A stretch of DNA of 64,000 nt, from the NCBI GenBank assembly GCA_964035545.1, contig OZ037767.1, positions 1,437,680 through 1,501,679 of the forward strand. Direction: 5' to 3'. The notes below the pieces were generated by a model. The model saw only the letters and a program-made list of their open reading frames with translations. It was not told where the DNA came from and searched no databases. The position numbers and the translations under genes are program-made. How positions within the stretch are numbered: the first letter of the stretch is position 1; each line of letters opens with the position of its first letter. The DNA comes from Bugula neritina (Eukaryota > Animalia > Bryozoa). This document shows, piece after piece, positions 54,001 through 60,000 of the stretch.

Positions 54001-57000
54001 CGACATACTTACAGTGACATACTTACAGTGACATACTTACAGTGACATACTTACAGTGACATACTTACAGTGACACACTTACAGTGACACACAGTGACAT
54101 ACTTACAGTGACATACTTACAGTGACATACTTACAGTGACATACTTACAGTGACATACTTACAGTGACACACTTACAGTGACACACTTACAGTGACACAC
54201 TTACAGTGACACACTTAAAGTGACAAACTAGTACAGAGTATGCATGCAAAAACATTTATATTATAAAACTGCAGGTAGAAAAAGAACTTTGTTAGAATAT
54301 TAGAAGAAAACAATAATAAACTACAAGATAACACTTGGTAGCTTTTTTTATTCCAATTCCCAGCATGTTTTATGAAATGTCAACCTTTCTTTTCATCACC
54401 CAGTTTTGTATTTTAATAGTTCAACCACTCCACCATGTTACACGAATTAGAAGTTATGTTTGTTGGCTTTTTGAGCTGAAAGAAGCAACTGAAAAGCCAG
54501 CACATGCTAAAAGTTGATGTGAATCAGTTTCAACAACTACTCACTCAGCTTTATTGTTAATGCAGAAATTTCTAAAAGTTAGTTTTTAGTACATCTGCCC
54601 TCCCCCAACTGTCCTATTTTCCTCCATAGTAATTTAGGTTTAAAATGTAGTGCTCCTACGATCAAAGAAGGACATTCAACAGCTAGCTGGGAGGGGGAAT
54701 CAATGGCCAAAACATAAATTTAACAGTTTTTCAAGCAATTTAAACTAATTACTAGCAGCTCAGTATAAACATGCCTTTCCAGTCTGTGGAATATTTAGTA
54801 CTTAGCTATCTCTCTACATGATACTAAAACTGCTGCCTTAAAGTGTTGTCTCTTAATGCTGCCATGTGATATTTCCTCTTAATGCTGCCTCAGATTACAT
54901 GAATTGTTGCCTACATCTTGGTTTTTACCATCATTATTTCATCCTCAACACATTATTTTCTGTTTGCATCCAATCTGGGGATAATTAATGCCATATACAC
55001 CCAATTATGTTGAATAGAGTTAGCTATAATTAGCATTCAGCCAGCCATGTGGCTTCCCATCATGCCTACTAGAACTACTTCTTGCTAATACCGAGTCAGC
55101 ATGCCATGTAATACTAAATAGAACACAAATAACAAGTTTAAATTCTTAAAATATCAGATTTTGTTCAATTTTTAGTTTCCTTTGTTTTATTTTTCCAACA
55201 AAAAGTTAATTTTTTCAAGTGTAACAATGCAAGTTACCACAATACACTATAAAGTTTTAAGAAGCAACAAAATTCCTTAAAAGCCATCAAAAAGATTATA
55301 TAGATTACATATTTGCATTTTTTGGAACTAAATCTGGAACATGTGTTCAAAGACAAGACATGCACAAAATACCATGCGGAAAGGCGAAATACATTTCTAG
55401 CCCTCATAAATTCCCCTAAACAAGTTTCAACTTATAGAATAGTTCTGTAACCTGAAATTACATCAACAAAACATGGAACCCAGGCCGCCATAGCAAACCA
55501 GCACTGGCAGTGATGTATAGGAGGCAGACAAAGGAGAACTCATACACGACAGCAAAGACGCTGCACACTCATACAAAATTCAGATGTGTTTACTTTTCAA
55601 GTTCAAAAAAATGTAAAGTCTCAACTAACCTGTTCAAGGCAGTCTGAATACGGACTGTCGGCCATGTTGTATCGGAATAACAGCTCGAATGAGCTTCAAG
55701 AAGGTTACAAGATCGAAACAAATTTGCTGCTAAGTTTCATGGTGTTTGCTAACGAAATAAATATGACTAGATAAAATCCTGCTGTCTAGTTTAACCTATC
55801 GTGTAGCGCAACGTGTATATCATGAGTTTGTAGAATATTACACCATTAATAAGTTCAAGAGCTATCTGTAAGTTCAAGGTTTCTATACTAAGGATAGTAA
55901 CTGAAGAACTTGCTGCGTGCCTGTATCATTAGATGAAAGTGGTTATTGGATGTGCACGCGTTGTGTAGACTATACTGTATATACTAGGTATTACACACTG
56001 GAGGTGCAGTAAATGCAGTAGGCAAGTCCGTTTGTTTATAAGATCAATGTTAATAATCTGTGTGTAAGAAGTTAGTATGTTCAGTGGTATGTAAATACAC
56101 TGGAGGCCAGAATATATAATATTGTATAAGTTAGGATACTTTGCGTGGCCTGACATGCAATTATACCAACACAGTACATTTTGTAAACTAGATATAAACA
56201 CGATATTTTGTGGTTAGCTTCAAGAAAATGTAAAGAAAACGTTTGCTAAATTTCTTGCAGTTCTTCTACATTTCAAAACAATTTTTTATTTAACTATATC
56301 TTATTAGGTGTGCTACTGTGTGTCATGCTACTGTGTGTCACATGCTACTCTGTGTCACATGCTACTGTGTGTCACATGCTACTCTGTGTCACATGCTACT
56401 GTGTCGCATGCTACTGTGTGTCACATGCTGCTACTGTATACTGCACTAGTGAATAGTAATTTTCCACCCAACAATCCTGTAATACTGCTCTCTCAATACA
56501 AACAGCCAACTACAGGTAGAAATTTCTTCAAGTTGCCATGCCAACCATAACACTTTCGAATGTACTTATACATGTGTACTGGTTAAAATTTCAGCTACAC
56601 CTTTAAGTTAATTGCAAATTAATTATAATATTTCCAAGGAGACAGTTGACATCATGCTATATTATAGACAGCCAGTTAAACTATAGCTGTAATAGCTTGC
56701 TATATGTGCTTTTATATTTTATATAGATGAAAACAATAATTAGAACATGAAGATTTTAATATACCTATCTATAATATCAGTACATGATTTGGGTAGCATG
56801 CTATTACCAAATGCCACCAACTCACATAGTAGTGGAGAGAGGGGCGCACTATTCCTCATACTATTATAGACCAAACCCCTAAAAGGTAAAAGCTAACTAC
56901 ACCCCTTGATGTGTACGATCTAACATGTACTTTTAGCTTAAGGAGTTTAGAATTAATTGTATTATAGCAGTTTTTATTCTAGCAGTAGTTATTCTACCAG

Positions 57001-60000
57001 TAGTTAGTCTAGCAGTAGCCGACTACTAGGAAAACCACAGTTGGTATGCATTTCAAACATTCACTCAATCCTACAAGAGAGAGGAGACCTTACTGCAAGG
57101 GTGTAACTACACTCTATAACGTAGTAATATTATTTGCAATATCCTGACATTGCATCAAAAACCATGGCTACAACATGGATGTTTATTTTTAAATCGACCT
57201 CAAAGTTTCCCCATAGCAGGCACACCTAAATAGTTGATTCTCACCAATAAATTAATTTATTTATTTTTCTGTTATTAAAACATCTTAGAGTTATTACAGT
57301 GTTATGATTAGCTAAGAACTGCAGGTATAAGTGGCTGTTAGAGGCTAGAGGTATAAGTTATCCCAGACTAGAAGTAGTTAATTGACTGCATACAGGAAAC
57401 TAATACAGTTATGATTAGTACATACTGAAAACTCAAGTCAATTAATGCCCTAATTAAATATATTAATGTGGGGCAACAATACACTCTGTAGAATCAAAGG
57501 GAATTGGTCAAATGTGCGTTGATCTCAATTATATTGAATACATTGGTAGGGTAACTCCAGTATTCAACTTAAAAAATCTTGTTTATTTACGTTTGTAGAG
57601 ACTATTGATAATAGCTATGGTCATGCAATTTTGTATGTAACTCATTTATACTACAAAGTAAGAGAAAATTATGCACAGCAAGTTTCAGAAAATTAATAAT
57701 TTATTGGCTCGCGGTGATTTATTGAGGTCACCTTTACGTTTCAGCTACATAATAATTATATGCATGTTGCAACTTTAAGTATAATATCAGCTTCTAATAC
57801 TCAGGTGCATTTTTAGGAGTTGCATTTTCAAACTAACAAATGCTTATTTAACTCTAATTGTTCTAAAATTTCTAAAGCAAAAAATAAAGAAAGTAATTCT
57901 TAAAATTGTTGTGCCTTATTCCAGTAATTAAATCATTACATTTGATTAAACAAGAGAAGTTGCTTGAGGGACTACTTTGCTCTGTGGAAGTTTTTAGTTT
58001 TATTCAAGTTTGAATATTCGATTTTGCTAAGGGAGTTTGAAGTTGTAAAAATATTTTAAACTATTTATATTATATACTATATGGTTTAGCTTTAGCATAG
58101 GAGAAGATAACTCCAAAATTCTGCTGTTTCATCAATGCTGAAAAGATTATAAAAAAAGCAAATTATCTATACAAAGTTTAAAACTTTAATGCCCTTTGCA
58201 ACATTTTTATTTTTCTAATTTTAATAAGTTTTTCCAAACAGATGCAGATATAATATTTGGAATCTCATTATTGTGGAGATAATAATAATATTTAGAACTA
58301 AATTGCTCAGTTTTTAGATTGAAGTTGTCTTCCCTGGCACATTGAGCAGTTTGCTCCTTGTACATATCTATAGGTTGAGTTGCTCGAGAGCATAACTCCT
58401 ACTTGGGGCTTAGTACTTATCTACTCAAAGCAATGTATATTATAATAAACAGTAGACATTAGAGGGTATGGCCCAAATCTGCAACTCAAAGTGATAATCT
58501 ACTATTGAAAGAGATAGTCTGCAGTAAATCTTGTAACATGAACCTAGTTACTCAATTCGATTAAACTCAAGTCTCAACTCTTTAGAAATAGTTACAGACC
58601 TTGCAATAGTATTCCCATGTGACTGGGGCGGGGGGGGGGGGGGGGGGCTCCTTTAACCAATCAATTATCGCATATGTTAATATTATATTATTAGGACTAC
58701 AATTATAGAAGTTTACTATCAGCTGAAAGGATGTAGATTTTTGCTTGCAACTTCTAGTTTGGAAATACAACTCTCCATTTTAATATCTTCTGCTAGTGCA
58801 GGTTCTAAAGATTTAGTGGCTATGCAATTTACCACAAAATTAACTGTTTAACCAAGAGTCCAAAATCATAAAAGTGGCATTTTTATGTTTTGTTTTTAAC
58901 TCAAAGTAACAGATTCGTATTCCTAATATGAGGTAACTCAACACCTATGCTTATACTTGGGTATCTACACTGCGTGGTTACTTACTTACTAGTAAGTGAC
59001 CATTCAGTGTAATAACTCAATAGTAAGTAATTAAATAAAAAGCAATGCTATTTAGCACCTGTTAAGCACATCTGGTAAATGCCACAGTTGTATGACTGCA
59101 AGGGTACCCTGAAGGCAGAATAGTACTAATACACACACCCTAACTGACTAACGTAACCCACTTAATAATTGTAACAGAAAGTAATTAATAAACTATTTAC
59201 ATTTTCACAAATTACCAATAATTATCCCTAAGTGGAGTATATCTGCATCTAGTATATCAAATTAAATTGTGCAAAGCTGCTACAAAACAATTAGTAAAGA
59301 GAAGAGTTAATATTAGACAGCTGCCCATAGAATGAGCGCTAGCCAATCAGCTAAGCTGATTGGCAGCTTAGCTGTCTAATGTAAGTTCAGGATGGTTTAC
59401 CTGTTGCACTCTCCTGGGAATAAGGATCATCTTTATAGCTTTTATTTGGAGTAAACATGTTATTGTTATCTTACCCAGTTCAAATATATCAATTTGTTGC
59501 AACTTTGTGTCTTGTGGTGTTTATCAATATAATAACGCAATAAATCTAAACAAAATAATGGACTCACTTTCCCTCATTTTAATTACATTATGTATCAAAT
59601 AACTAAAATATGTATAATTTTAGGTTTTGTAGTTATATAGATTGCATTTGCATATAAATATACAAGTTTTTGCTCTTTACTATCTCTTCAAGTAGCAGGT
59701 GTTACTATAGCAAGGGGGGATAATGTAGAGAGAATATTACCACCAAATACACTCATAGATTACTAACTTTAAATTGCTAAACTCTCTACTATTTATTGAG
59801 GATAGTAAAATCTTTTCTACATAATAAATATAACTGTTCATGAATATAATTATCACATGAGGCAAGGGCAGCAGAATGCGGCAGCAGCGGAACATATAAG
59901 GACAGCACAGAGGCTAGTGAGTGCCAATACTGTTTGCACAAATAGCTAAAAGTACACAAACTTTCCAGGAGAGGAGCAGCTTTCAGGATTAATGGCCATG

